Positions 28,053 to 36,328 of a stretch of 64,000 nt of DNA are shown piece by piece; position 1 is the first letter of the stretch, and each line of letters begins with the position of its first letter. The stretch comes from a virus (lineage: Duplodnaviria; Caudoviricetes), in IMG/VR virus record IMGVR_UViG_2595698357_000001, positions 32,001 to 96,000 of that record, one strand, 5' to 3'. A model generated the notes under the pieces. The model was not told the origin of the DNA. It ran no database searches and saw only the letters and a list, made by a program, of their open reading frames with translations. The position numbers and the translations under genes are program-made.

Positions 28053-29378
28053 ATGTCTAAGAAACTTGTTACTGAAGAAATGCGCACTCAGTGGTTGCCG
28101 GTTCTGGAAAAGAAATCCGAGCAGATCCAACCTCTGACTGCTGAGAACGTGTCTGTTCGCCTGCTGCAAAACCAGGCCGAGTGGAACGCCAAAAACCTGG
28201 GCGAATCTGAAGGTCCATCTTCGGTCAACGCCAACGTGGGTAAATGGCAGCCAGTTCTGATCGACATGGCTAAGCGTCTGGCTCCGAACAACATCGCGAT
28301 GGACTTCTTCGGCGTTCAGCCTCTGGCTGGTCCTGACGGTCAGATCTTCGCACTGCGTGCTCGTCAGGGCGTTGGCGATGCTTCTAACACCCAACAGTCT
28401 CGTAAAGAGCTGTTCATGGAAGAAGCGCAAACCAACTACTCCGGCGACCAGACTACCGTTCACAGCGGTGACCCATCTGGCTTCAGCCAGGCTGATATCG
28501 AAGGCAGCGGCACTGAAGTGTCCTCCTACGGTAAAGCGATGGACACCGTGAAGGCAGAACAACTGGGTTCCCCAACTCAGCCTTGGGCGCGTGTTGGTAT
28601 CACCATCCAGAAAGCGACCGTTACTGCGAAGTCTCGCGGCCTGTACGCTGACTACAGCCACGAACTGCGCCAGGACATGATGGCGATCCACGGCGAAGAC
28701 GTCGATGCGATCCTGTCTGATGTCATGGTAACTGAAATTCAGGCGGAAATGAACCGTGAGTTCATCCGTACCATGAACTTCACCGCAGTGCGCTTCAAAA
28801 AATTCGGTACCAACGGCGTTGTTGACGTTGCTGCTGACGTGTCCGGTCGTTGGGCGCTGGAAAAATGGAAATACCTGGTCTTCATGCTGGAAGTTGAAGC
28901 GAACGGCGTTGGTGTTGACACCCGTCGTGGTAAAGCGAACCGCGTTCTGTGTTCTCCAAACGTAGCGTCCGCTCTGGCCATGGCCGGCATGCTGGACTAC
29001 AGCCCGGCGCTGAACGTGCAGGCGCAGCTGGCGGTTGACCCTACCGGTCAGACCTTCGCTGGTGTTCTGTCGAACGGCATGCGTGTGTACATCGACCCGT
29101 ATGCGGTTGCTGAGTACATCACTCTGGCGTACAAAGGCGCAACTGCGCTGGATGCGGGTATCTACTTCGCTCCATATGTACCGCTGGAAATGTACCGTAC
29201 TCAGGGTGAGACCACCTTCGCTCCGCGTATGGCGTTCAAAACCCGTTACGGCATCGCAGCCAACCCGTTCGTGCAGATCCCTGCCAACCAGGATCCGCAG
29301 GTCTACGTGACCGAAGACGGCATCGCGAAAGACACCAACGTGTACTTCCGCAAAGGTCTGATCAAAAACCTGTACTAA
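28053..29378 (+). CDS. gp23: major capsid protein gp23
   Basis: GVQPL.GP.GQIFALR, AKSR.L.A.YS.EL.QD..AIHG.D, YIDPYA, DAGIYFAPYVPL and FKTRYG motifs. CTAAATA at 28010. Confidence 0.98.
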   Translation: MSKKLVTEEMRTQWLPVLEKKSEQIQPLTAENVSVRLLQNQAEWNAKNLGESEGPSSVNANVGKWQPVLIDMAKRLAPNNIAMDFFGVQPLAGPDGQIFALRARQGVGDASNTQQSRKELFMEEAQTNYSGDQTTVHSGDPSGFSQADIEGSGTEVSSYGKAMDTVKAEQLGSPTQPWARVGITIQKATVTAKSRGLYADYSHELRQDMMAIHGEDVDAILSDVMVTEIQAEMNREFIRTMNFTAVRFKKFGTNGVVDVAADVSGRWALEKWKYLVFMLEVEANGVGVDTRRGKANRVLCSPNVASALAMAGMLDYSPALNVQAQLAVDPTGQTFAGVLSNGMRVYIDPYAVAEYITLAYKGATALDAGIYFAPYVPLEMYRTQGETTFAPRMAFKTRYGIAANPFVQIPANQDPQVYVTEDGIAKDTNVYFRKGLIKNLY

Positions 29379-29399
29379 TCTACAGGCGGTCAGTCAAAC

Positions 29400-29425
29400 A
29401 AAACCCCGCTCCGGCGGGGTTTTTT
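29400..29425 (+). terminator. strong intrinsic terminator after gp23
   Basis: AAAACCCCGC-TCCG-GCGGGGTTTT-TT. Confidence 0.9.
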
Positions 29426-29436
29426 ATTGCCCTTCT

Positions 29437-29461
29437 TTCAATAACAAAACCGCACTATAAT
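29437..29461 (+). promoter_or_regulatory. TTCAAT-N13-TATAAT promoter
   Basis: Motif match upstream of the accessory operon. Confidence 0.7.
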
Positions 29462-29493
29462 GGCCTCACCTTAATCCACAAAGAGGCTTGACC

Positions 29494-29694
29494 ATGTTTT
29501 ACAAAATCGTTGAGACCGACAACTTCGATGGGGATTATCCCGATGAAAAGTTCGTCAGTCTTCCGCCAATGTCAAAGGAAAAGGCTGAGGCCATCGCTGA
29601 CGTTATCAACCAACACCTGTCAGGCAACCACTGCCGCCGCTATTGGAAGGTTGTGGACAGTGATTACACTCTATCGCCGGGGTTTGAGCCATGA
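29494..29694 (+). CDS. hypothetical protein
   Basis: GAGG SD. 66 aa, coupled to next gene by ATGA overlap. Confidence 0.75.
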   Translation: MFYKIVETDNFDGDYPDEKFVSLPPMSKEKAEAIADVINQHLSGNHCRRYWKVVDSDYTLSPGFEP

Positions 29695-30119
29695 AAACTA
29701 TTGAACAAGTTGTCGCTGGATACAAAAGTGAAACTCTGGATGGTCGTGATATTGGCCGTCTGGCTGATTTCTTGACAGTTGAGCAGCTGAAGACGTTTGA
29801 CTTAGAACTCTGTGACGACTCGGCTGCAGCCCATGTGGCGTTGCCGCTTACTCGTGAAGCTGTTATGGAGCGGCTGGAACGTGACCTGGCATTCGCATTT
29901 GAGAAGGCATTGAGCCGCCGGGGCATCAGTGCCGGCATGATGTTCTACGTCATCAAGATGTGGAACTACATCCTGGAAGACGGCCTCGAAGACTTCGACG
30001 ATAACAACTATGCCCAGTATGGCCTGCCGTTGTTCAAAGCCACTGCTGTCCACTACGGCCTGGACAACCCTATCGGCGATGACAGCGGTTCAGAACACAA
30101 ATACTCTTCGGAGGGCTAA
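29691..30119 (+). CDS. hypothetical protein
   Basis: 142 aa with phage-like codon use. Confidence 0.8.
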   Translation: MKTIEQVVAGYKSETLDGRDIGRLADFLTVEQLKTFDLELCDDSAAAHVALPLTREAVMERLERDLAFAFEKALSRRGISAGMMFYVIKMWNYILEDGLEDFDDNNYAQYGLPLFKATAVHYGLDNPIGDDSGSEHKYSSEG

Positions 30120-30121
30120 AC

Positions 30122-30667
30122 ATGTTGGAAGCTGACGTAGAGATTGGTCAATTGTATGTCTTGGCTGGGTCACCGCGCGGCCAGGTCTACAAGAAGGTCA
30201 AGGACGGTGTCCTCTGTGTTGATTCCGAAGGTGTCAACAAGACTTATGACCGTCTGATGTACCCACGTCCACACTTTGAGGTGTTACCACATTACACCTT
30301 CAAGCAGCGCCTGGAGATCACTCACCGTCTTCTGGTTGCCCTGGAAGCTGGTGACGGTCGGGATTCTGAGAACCCTGACCCAGCGGCCACAGAAGAGTAC
30401 GAAGCTGCGATCAAGGCGTACTGCGTGATGGCCAACATGATCTATTGTGTGGTGTCCCATCAACCGCCAACGCTGTGGCGCAACCAGTACTTCCAGACAG
30501 AGGAAGAGAAACAGCGCGTGATGGAAAGACGGGCGGCTCATCAGTGGGTACTGGAGTGTTATCACCCCGACGGAAGGGTGAAGACAACACGTCGCGGAAC
30601 CAAAGAAGCTCTCACCCCATTCATTGAAGTTTGTGATGAATGGAACGTCAAACATGCCCGCGTCTAG
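30122..30667 (+). CDS. hypothetical protein
   Basis: GGAGG SD. 181 aa. Confidence 0.8.
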   Translation: MLEADVEIGQLYVLAGSPRGQVYKKVKDGVLCVDSEGVNKTYDRLMYPRPHFEVLPHYTFKQRLEITHRLLVALEAGDGRDSENPDPAATEEYEAAIKAYCVMANMIYCVVSHQPPTLWRNQYFQTEEEKQRVMERRAAHQWVLECYHPDGRVKTTRRGTKEALTPFIEVCDEWNVKHARV

Positions 30668-30669
30668 TT

Positions 30670-30695
30670 TTCAATAATCCCTTCTAAGCTATATT
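30670..30695 (+). promoter_or_regulatory. TTCAAT-N14 class promoter
   Basis: TTCAAT-N14-TATATT followed by a GGGGC-GAAA-GCCCC hairpin. Confidence 0.7.
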
Positions 30696-30751
30696 GATTT
30701 CACCGGGGCGAAAGCCCCTTTGAACCTAACCATCTTCACAGGAGTCAACCC

Positions 30752-31417
30752 ATGTTAAACAGTATCATCCAACAACGCGGTCAGGTTGCTTTCCCTGCCT
30801 TCATGGCCGAGCGCGTGTATATGCGTGAGTTCCGCAAAGAAACTGGCCTACCGGCTGATCTCTCCCGTTGGCAACCTACTGTTGATGCCATGCTGGATGG
30901 TGTTGACACCGACCTTCCTATCTTCATCATGGTTGACCAGGGCATTATCCAACCGGGTAATACCCATCGCCGCCCTGGCCTGCATATCGACGGTTACTGG
31001 CATCCGCAGGTGATGTCACATCGTGGACAAGGTGGTCACCGTGGTCAACCTTCTCCTTGGCCTCAAGAAGACCACAAAGGTCGCCACGGTAACTCACCCG
31101 CGCGACATTCTTCCAGCCGAAGTGGCTGGGATGTAGGTAACGGCTGGGCACACGGAGACTTCTCTGAACCGGAAGCCCTGATTCTGGCATCAGATATCGC
31201 TGCCTCCCGTGCCCTCTCCGGCGTTTATCATGAAATGCCTGGCGAAGGTGGTGATTGTACTCATGTGAACGTTGAGGGGATGTCTGAAGTCATTCTCCAG
31301 GCAAACACTGTGTATGCCGGCAACGTGACCATGCTCCATGAATCACTCCCTGTAACCGCAGCATGTCAGCGCACTCTGGTTCGTCTGAGCGTTCCTGGCT
31401 GGACTCCGGAGGTCTAA
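30752..31417 (+). CDS. putative 2OG-Fe(II) dioxygenase-like protein
   Basis: AGGAG SD. H-x-D (GLHIDG), distal His (LHES) and R-T-L-V-R-L strand. Confidence 0.65.
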   Translation: MLNSIIQQRGQVAFPAFMAERVYMREFRKETGLPADLSRWQPTVDAMLDGVDTDLPIFIMVDQGIIQPGNTHRRPGLHIDGYWHPQVMSHRGQGGHRGQPSPWPQEDHKGRHGNSPARHSSSRSGWDVGNGWAHGDFSEPEALILASDIAASRALSGVYHEMPGEGGDCTHVNVEGMSEVILQANTVYAGNVTMLHESLPVTAACQRTLVRLSVPGWTPEV

Positions 31418-31418
31418 C

Positions 31419-31880
31419 ATGGGACAAGGAACTGAAAGCTGTGGTGGCTACGAAGTCGACTATGATGAGTATGATGGCGACAACTTGGCCGACGGCATCT
31501 GGATGCAACAGAACGGGGTTCCAATCTCTGTTGAGCACATGAGTGTTGGCCACCTTCGCAACGCCATGCGTCATTGTCAAAAGCTGGCGCGCCATTCCAC
31601 GTTCTCTTGCGATCAGGACAAGTGGGAGGAGTGGGTAAATATCTTCAGCCGCGAATTGGACAGACGTGAGTCTTTGAACCCAACCAAGGCTCTAGCCAAA
31701 GTCTCACCCCCAGCGATTGTTCGTGGGGCTAAGGTGTGGATGGTGTGTCACTGCGGTACTGAGTATCCAGCCCGCAAAGCAGATCTGAAGCGCGGCTATG
31801 GGTATTCATGCAGTAAATCATGTGCTGCTATCCGGCGTGATCATGGTCGCCCTGCAGCCAAACCGAGAGATGGGGTATAA
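31419..31880 (+). CDS. hypothetical protein with C-terminal Cys cluster
   Basis: GGAGG SD. CHCG...RG.G.SCSKSC motif. Confidence 0.75.
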   Translation: MGQGTESCGGYEVDYDEYDGDNLADGIWMQQNGVPISVEHMSVGHLRNAMRHCQKLARHSTFSCDQDKWEEWVNIFSRELDRRESLNPTKALAKVSPPAIVRGAKVWMVCHCGTEYPARKADLKRGYGYSCSKSCAAIRRDHGRPAAKPRDGV

Positions 31881-31883
31881 CAT

Positions 31884-32114
31884 ATGTCTATCACATTGGT
31901 AAAGATCACCACAGACCGCCGGGGCAATACCATAGAGCAAGTATACCGCAAGGTTGAACGAAAGGTTGAGAAGGGAGAAGAGCGGCTCTACATCAGCGCC
32001 GAGTCCTATCTCCCAGCCCATATGCTTAATCGCGACATCTTGTGCACCTACGGGCACACCATCCACTGGCGCATCAAATATGAGACCCCTGAGCTAGGCG
32101 ACAATGTTCAATAA
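31884..32114 (+). CDS. hypothetical protein
   Basis: 76 aa ORF abutting the previous gene. Confidence 0.65.
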   Translation: MSITLVKITTDRRGNTIEQVYRKVERKVEKGEERLYISAESYLPAHMLNRDILCTYGHTIHWRIKYETPELGDNVQ

Positions 32115-32132
32115 CCCCTGCGTGGTTATTAT
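32107..32132 (+). promoter_or_regulatory. TTCAAT-N14 class promoter
   Basis: TTCAAT-N14-TATTAT. Confidence 0.65.
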
Positions 32133-32162
32133 TTTCTATATCTTGAAACGAAGGAGCTTCAC

Positions 32163-32432
32163 ATGGCTACTAAGAAAATCGATCCGGCGCTGGTCAAGAC
32201 TTATCAGGATCACCGCATCTGGAAGTTGATCCGCAACGCCCAGGCTGCTCAGCATACTGAGATGCGGTTCCATTACCCTATCTCCCAGCGCGCTGTTCCG
32301 TTCTATCAGAAGCTGGCTGGCCTGCTGTCGGCCAAAGGCTTCGTGGTGACTGACATACCGAGCGAGAGCATCATGCCGGCTCGCATTGGTGTCATGCATA
32401 TCGCCAACCTTCAGAAGGGCAAGACTCTATGA
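32163..32432 (+). CDS. hypothetical protein
   Basis: AAGGAG SD. 89 aa. Confidence 0.75.
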   Translation: MATKKIDPALVKTYQDHRIWKLIRNAQAAQHTEMRFHYPISQRAVPFYQKLAGLLSAKGFVVTDIPSESIMPARIGVMHIANLQKGKTL

Positions 32433-32872
32433 AGAAGTGTACCATCCTCGTCACCGGCTCCCGGTCTATCAACAGTGATGCTGATATGCTGAAGATACAT
32501 GACCTCCTGGATAGTTGCTCCGATCAGATCATCTCTCAGGGGAAACTATTGGATGCTCTCATCCATGGCGATGCTGTAGGCGTTGACCGGATCTGTGCTG
32601 AGTGGTGTACTCCTCGCTCTGTGATTCCCAAATCGTTCCCAATCCCTCAGGATTACTATGATAAGTATGGTAAAGGGGCTGGTGTGCGGCGGAACCAGGA
32701 CATGCTGGAACACCTGTTAGAGCTTCGGGCGAAAGGCCAGGATGTCTATGGCCTGGCGTTCTGGGATGGTAGTTCAAACGGAACCAGGGACATGATCACA
32801 AGGATGAAGGCAAGCGGGCTGGCCGTGCAAGTCCATCTGCTGGGCAAGCCTAAATCTAAACGTCTGATATAA
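32429..32872 (+). CDS. SLOG-family protein (DUF2493/YspA-like)
   Basis: VTGSR, IHGDAVGVD, GKGAGVRRNQDM and AFWDGSS.GT.DMI motifs. Confidence 0.85.
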   Translation: MKKCTILVTGSRSINSDADMLKIHDLLDSCSDQIISQGKLLDALIHGDAVGVDRICAEWCTPRSVIPKSFPIPQDYYDKYGKGAGVRRNQDMLEHLLELRAKGQDVYGLAFWDGSSNGTRDMITRMKASGLAVQVHLLGKPKSKRLI

Positions 32873-32882
32873 GAGAAATACC

Positions 32883-33074
32883 ATGGGACTTTTCCTGACG
32901 TTGTTGTTCTTTGTGTTGTTGGCAATCGGGATCATATGGGTGTTCCCGATCCTGGTTGAAACCTGGGATGAGCAGATTGAAGAACTGCCACTCTCCAATG
33001 AGAACCGGACTGAATGGCTCAGGGGTTATCGGAAGCGTCTCATCCGAAACATCCGCTATCATCTTCCCTTCTGA
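32883..33074 (+). CDS. small membrane protein
   Basis: N-terminal hydrophobic helix. 63 aa. Confidence 0.7.
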   Translation: MGLFLTLLFFVLLAIGIIWVFPILVETWDEQIEELPLSNENRTEWLRGYRKRLIRNIRYHLPF

Positions 33075-33112
33075 CCATAAATACCCTCACGAACCTGTGG
33101 GGGTATTTTATT

Positions 33113-33835
33113 ATGAACGCTGACATCTACGATCTATTTGACAATGGCAAGGGATTTGAGAACCCATTGACATCTCTGAGCCAAGGGACTACAGCCACCA
33201 TCAATCAGGGCAAGACCCAGGTTGCTGGTCTTCAGAACGTAACCGACTCGGCGCGACAGGCGCTCAACCAGGGCGGATTGACCATAGACAAGATCAATGC
33301 GACCAATGCGATGTTTGGCACTGCTGGAACCAGCGTTGGCACCCTGGTCACTTATGGCGACCAAACCGTCTCAGAGGCATTCTCTCGGATTGGAACGTCT
33401 ACCGCATACACAAGTGGCCTGAAGCAGATAGGACGCGAACCTACCAACTGTGACCTCATCAACAACGCGTTTGGCATCATCCAGCAGAAAGGCCAAGAGT
33501 GGCTGGCTGCATTTGACAGTGCTCTGGCGACGGTAACAGCAACCCTGGATGATCTGTTGCAGGTGATCAATGATGTCACTGCCGCCGGTCTGGCCAAGAT
33601 ACGTCAGCTGGCTGCATTGGTGTCAGGCTACGTCGATCAGGCTATCGGGGTGATCAACCGGCTTGTTGATGAAGTCACGGCGGGGATTGCAGCGGAATTG
33701 GCGCACCTAGAGAGCATGGTGAAGTCCTGCGTGAACTTCTGCATCACGTCTCAGCTGACAGACTGGCTGAAGGACAACTGTGTGGCCGGGGCTATCCATA
33801 AGATGGCGTCGAAAGAACTGAAGGGTTCGCTCTAA
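33113..33835 (+). CDS. late-expressed hypothetical protein (probably structural)
   Basis: Preceded by the TAAATACCC late motif. Ala/Thr-rich and helical. Start reassigned from 33014. Confidence 0.75.
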   Translation: MNADIYDLFDNGKGFENPLTSLSQGTTATINQGKTQVAGLQNVTDSARQALNQGGLTIDKINATNAMFGTAGTSVGTLVTYGDQTVSEAFSRIGTSTAYTSGLKQIGREPTNCDLINNAFGIIQQKGQEWLAAFDSALATVTATLDDLLQVINDVTAAGLAKIRQLAALVSGYVDQAIGVINRLVDEVTAGIAAELAHLESMVKSCVNFCITSQLTDWLKDNCVAGAIHKMASKELKGSL

Positions 33836-33840
33836 AAATT

Positions 33841-33866
33841 AAGCCCCGGCGGATTGTTCGGGGCTT
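33841..33866. terminator. bidirectional terminator
   Basis: AAGCCCCG...CGGGGCTT between convergent genes. Confidence 0.65.
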
Positions 33867-34530
33867 AATGCTCACTCATTCTCAATGCTGGGAAAACTCC
33901 TACGGCCTCAACCCCACCGAGGAACAACGTGTCTATGCTGATATCGGACAGCCTGATACTTATGGCACCACCCGGCTTTATCCTGAAGATCTGCATCTCA
34001 CGCCCCACTGGAACCTCATTGACAAAAACGTTCTCAACCGCGATGTCTACGTCTTCCCTGGAATCATTCCTTATGATCAAGGACACCACGACATCCGAGT
34101 ACTCCGGGTTGTAGCCCTTCACCGCTGCCTGCTGCTTGATATCCCTAATGAAGTCAGGCTTTAGCACCAGCAATATGCTGTTGTTCCTTGAGTAATACAA
34201 ACTTCCTGCTATGCGTGGCATCTTTGCCTCATCACCAGACCTAAGCAGGGGCAACTCGGCTTGCCAAGTCGCATCTGCGCCCATTCCGTTTTTGGCCGGG
34301 CGGCAACCAATAGGTCGCAATAAATACTTATCTTTAAAGGCCGTCGCCAACTTTCTAACTGACCCCACATCACACATGGGAACGTTGGCTGTTATTGCTA
34401 CTGGCACGGATCTTACATTACTGTCTCTTAACTGAGACAGGCTCACAATGGGTGTGACAGTTATGCGGCAACCGCCAATTAACAGTGACGCCAGAACAAT
34501 CAACACCCCAATAAATTTTGTCGGGGACAC
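33865..34530 (-). CDS. putative lipoprotein
   Basis: GGAG SD and GTG start. Signal peptide with lipobox-like LIGG-C. Confidence 0.75.
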   Translation of the reverse strand: MSPTKFIGVLIVLASLLIGGCRITVTPIVSLSQLRDSNVRSVPVAITANVPMCDVGSVRKLATAFKDKYLLRPIGCRPAKNGMGADATWQAELPLLRSGDEAKMPRIAGSLYYSRNNSILLVLKPDFIRDIKQQAAVKGYNPEYSDVVVSLIIRNDSREDVDIAVENVFVNEVPVGREMQIFRIKPGGAISIRLSDISIDTLFLGGVEAVGVFPALRMSEH

Positions 34531-34562
34531 AGTAGTATCTCCATTATTGAAAGGTGAATGAC

Positions 34563-35057
34563 ATGTCCAGTACAGAAGGCAAATTCAAAAACGAGAATCA
34601 AAACTTCGCCGCATCCGACAAGTGGCGCTGCGTTGTAGGTGACCTCGTCCTGTTCTCCCGCCGTATACACGACTTTAGTGTGCCAGGTGTTTACTCAGAG
34701 GGTATCGATGGACCATCCCCAGGGGACGTCATGGCCCAGATACCTTCCGAACGTTTAACATTCGACCCGGTTGTATTTACCTTCGTTGTCGATGAGGATT
34801 GGAGAAACTGGGAGAGCCTGTTCAGCTGGTTGGTTAACAACGCTAATGCTGATCAGATCAGGGAGCAGGATATTTATATTGAACTGCTCACTAACCTCAA
34901 TAGACCGACAGGGTTAAAATTGCTGCTACAGGATAGTCGGCCGACGGCACTTGACAACGTGATGCTCGATGTTGATGGGGAAGTCCCTCAGCTGGTGTGC
35001 ACCGTGACGTTCAAGTTCCAGAAGTTGATACCACAACGGGCAACCACAACTCTGTAA
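34563..35057 (+). CDS. gp3: tail completion/tube terminator gp3
   Basis: IPSERLTFDP....F.VDEDW.NW and VTFKF motifs. Located before uvsY. Confidence 0.85.
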   Translation: MSSTEGKFKNENQNFAASDKWRCVVGDLVLFSRRIHDFSVPGVYSEGIDGPSPGDVMAQIPSERLTFDPVVFTFVVDEDWRNWESLFSWLVNNANADQIREQDIYIELLTNLNRPTGLKLLLQDSRPTALDNVMLDVDGEVPQLVCTVTFKFQKLIPQRATTTL

Positions 35058-35066
35058 GAGATAGCC

Positions 35067-35552
35067 ATGACTGAATTGAAAGAAATTCCTTATGAAGATC
35101 TGTTCGACGGGATCAAGACCATACCATTAGACTACATCATGGACGCCATGGAGAAGTCTCTGGATATTGATCCCAATTCACGCAACCTTGACACGACGTC
35201 CTTGACCACAAGCCGTCTGTTCATGGAGGCTCAGCGTTTCTACATCCATGAGGTACGAGTACTCGAGAAGGTCGTCGCCAAGAAGAACAAGACCGATCTG
35301 TACCTGCGCCGGTATTATGCAGGAGAATTGCCGTCCCAGGTCTACCAGGCTCGGCCTCTTCCAGTCAAGCCACTGAAGTCCGACATCGACATCTGGATCA
35401 AGGCTGACGACAACTATATAGAGATGACGACCTTGCTCGAAGAACAAAAGCGCAAGGTAAAATTTATTGAGAGCTGCTTTGACCGGATCAAGTCTCGGGG
35501 CTACGAGATCAAGACTGCGATAGATTGGCGGCGGTATATGGACGGAAATTAA
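35067..35552 (+). CDS. uvsY: recombination mediator UvsY
   Basis: YY.GE, P...LKSD....I.AD and IKSRGYEIKTAIDW motifs. Confidence 0.9.
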   Translation: MTELKEIPYEDLFDGIKTIPLDYIMDAMEKSLDIDPNSRNLDTTSLTTSRLFMEAQRFYIHEVRVLEKVVAKKNKTDLYLRRYYAGELPSQVYQARPLPVKPLKSDIDIWIKADDNYIEMTTLLEEQKRKVKFIESCFDRIKSRGYEIKTAIDWRRYMDGN

Positions 35553-35553
35553 G

Positions 35554-36297
35554 ATGGCTGACCTCAGCACCCTGCGTAAACTGACTGACACCAAGGAACG
35601 CCACAAGACGTTCCAACAATACAACCTCCCGTTCAAAGAGCTGGAGTGTGTCACCACTGACAACGGGCGCTGGTATGTATCCCCCAACGGCGTGAAACTG
35701 ACATCTGTCACCACAATGTTGGGGCGTACTGGTGACCACACCTGGCTGGAAGCGTGGCGTGAGAAACTCGGGGCTGAGGCGGCTGATGCTGAGACCCAAC
35801 GTTGTGCCGACCGGGGTGAGGCCGTCCACCTAGCATGTGAGTTGTACCTGAAGAACGAACCCATGCAGAAGTGCCTGGATGCCGCCGGGGACTATGTCTT
35901 CCTGTTCCTTCAGTTGAAGCCCTATCTGGACAAGTGCACCAAGATCTGGGCGCAAGAGATTCCCCTGTTTAGTGAACGCCTTGGCTTGGCCGGGCGCGTC
36001 GACTGCATCGCAGTGTTCAACGGGGTTCCCGCCATCATTGACTTCAAGACCTCCAACATTATGAAGACCAGGAGCATGATTGAGGACTACAGCATCCAAC
36101 TGTGCCTGTACTCGGCCATGTTCCAGGAGATGTTCGGTAAGAAGATAGAGAAACTGGTGAACGTCATCTCTAATGAGTCATCACCGCTCCCGACCGTCAT
36201 AGAGTTCAACCGCGCCGACATCATCCCTAAGATGCTCGACCGGGTTCGCTTGTATCACAAAATGGATGAAGAGTGCGGTGGTATCTGGGTTCACTAA
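35554..36297 (+). CDS. PD-(D/E)XK exonuclease
   Basis: SVTT.L, RGEAVH, E..L, AGRVD..IIDFKTS and QL..Y motifs. Confidence 0.9.
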   Translation: MADLSTLRKLTDTKERHKTFQQYNLPFKELECVTTDNGRWYVSPNGVKLTSVTTMLGRTGDHTWLEAWREKLGAEAADAETQRCADRGEAVHLACELYLKNEPMQKCLDAAGDYVFLFLQLKPYLDKCTKIWAQEIPLFSERLGLAGRVDCIAVFNGVPAIIDFKTSNIMKTRSMIEDYSIQLCLYSAMFQEMFGKKIEKLVNVISNESSPLPTVIEFNRADIIPKMLDRVRLYHKMDEECGGIWVH

Positions 36298-36328
36298 ATA
36301 CCTGAGTTAACTCAACGAGATAATTCAA

